Assembly (NCBI GenBank): GCA_036785375.1
Contig: JAWMAR010000475.1
Coordinates: 62,001 to 126,000 of the forward strand
Direction of reading: 5' to 3'
Source of the DNA: Leucoraja ocellata
Taxonomy: Eukaryota
DNA length: 64,000 nt
In this document: one piece after another, positions 63,470 through 64,000 of the stretch
Numbering within the stretch: position 1 is the stretch's first letter
Layout: each line of letters begins with the position of its first letter
The notes under the pieces: model-generated
What the model saw: only the letters and a program-made list of their open reading frames with translations
What the model was told of the DNA's origin: nothing
The model's database searches: none
Translations under genes and position numbers: made by a program

Positions 63470-64000
63470 GCCCCTGTCCCACTTTCACGATCTAATTGCC
63501 GACCTCTGCCGAGTTTGCCCTTGACTCAGCATGGTCGCCACGAGGTCGTAGGAGGTCTTCGTAACTCTTCCTCATGCTCGTGAGTGGTCTCCGCGTACTC
63601 GTGGCCTCAAGTAGGTCGCGGCGTTTTTTCCAGCCTGATAAAAAATGTCCACGAGTAAAAAAATAGGTCGGCAAGGAAAACATTGATACTTTTTACTCGT
63701 AGGTAGGTCGTAGGTAGGTCATAGTAGGTCGTGATGATAGTCGTAGGTAATCGTAGATAGTCGTAGGTAGTCGTAGGTCGGCAACTGGCCCGAGAAAAAA
63801 AATGCAAACATGACATGATTTTATCATGTGATAATTTTCCACTCGTAGCTAGTCGTAGTTGCTCTTAGGTGTAGAAGACTGAGGTCGAGGGGGGGGTCAT
63901 AGGAGGTCGTAGGAGGTCGTAGGAGGTATTTTACTTTGTCGAGTCAACACTACCTTGACATTTTTTTCAACGCGTCTAGGGTCTTCTAAACACGTGGATT
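63470..64000. mobile_element. Left end of a probable non-autonomous DNA transposon (PIF/Harbinger-like) rich in TCGTAG(G) repeats
   Basis: Abrupt start GCCCCTGTCCCACTT, CpG-rich interior and many GTCGTAG units. The other end lies outside the window, so the superfamily is unconfirmed. Confidence 0.45.

Noticed and set aside
63695-63930. Short interspersed repeats superficially like a CRISPR array
   Set aside because: Eukaryotic context, irregular 4-10 nt units, no constant repeat/spacer lengths and no cas genes.

Overview
Eukaryotic, repeat-dense vertebrate genomic DNA. The mix of CR1, Rex1/Babar, Penelope-like and tRNA-SINE repeats suggests a cartilaginous fish, probably a skate or ray (inference). 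There are two host genes in divergent orientation: MTERF1 (- strand, single coding exon 17247-18389) and LRRD1 (+ strand, four coding exons traced by hand at 38865-40322, 56163-56361, 62174-62335 and 63100-63220, continuing beyond the window). Most of the rest is nested mobile DNA. This includes many CR1 and Rex1/Babar LINE fragments, two L1-clade 3' ends, a complete but decayed Gypsy LTR element (29144-36697; LTRs, PBS, PPT, TSD), a hAT MITE and tRNA-derived SINEs. A 2.1-kb non-autonomous Tc1/mariner-type element (13463-15570) carries palindromes and a tRNA-Met-like Pol III module. There are also many Penelope-like-element (PLE) derivatives with minimal hammerhead-ribozyme motifs, including a near-perfect 235-bp-arm foldback with a 14-bp TSD. 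Repeat boundaries without TSD/TIR evidence are approximate, and no database searches were run.
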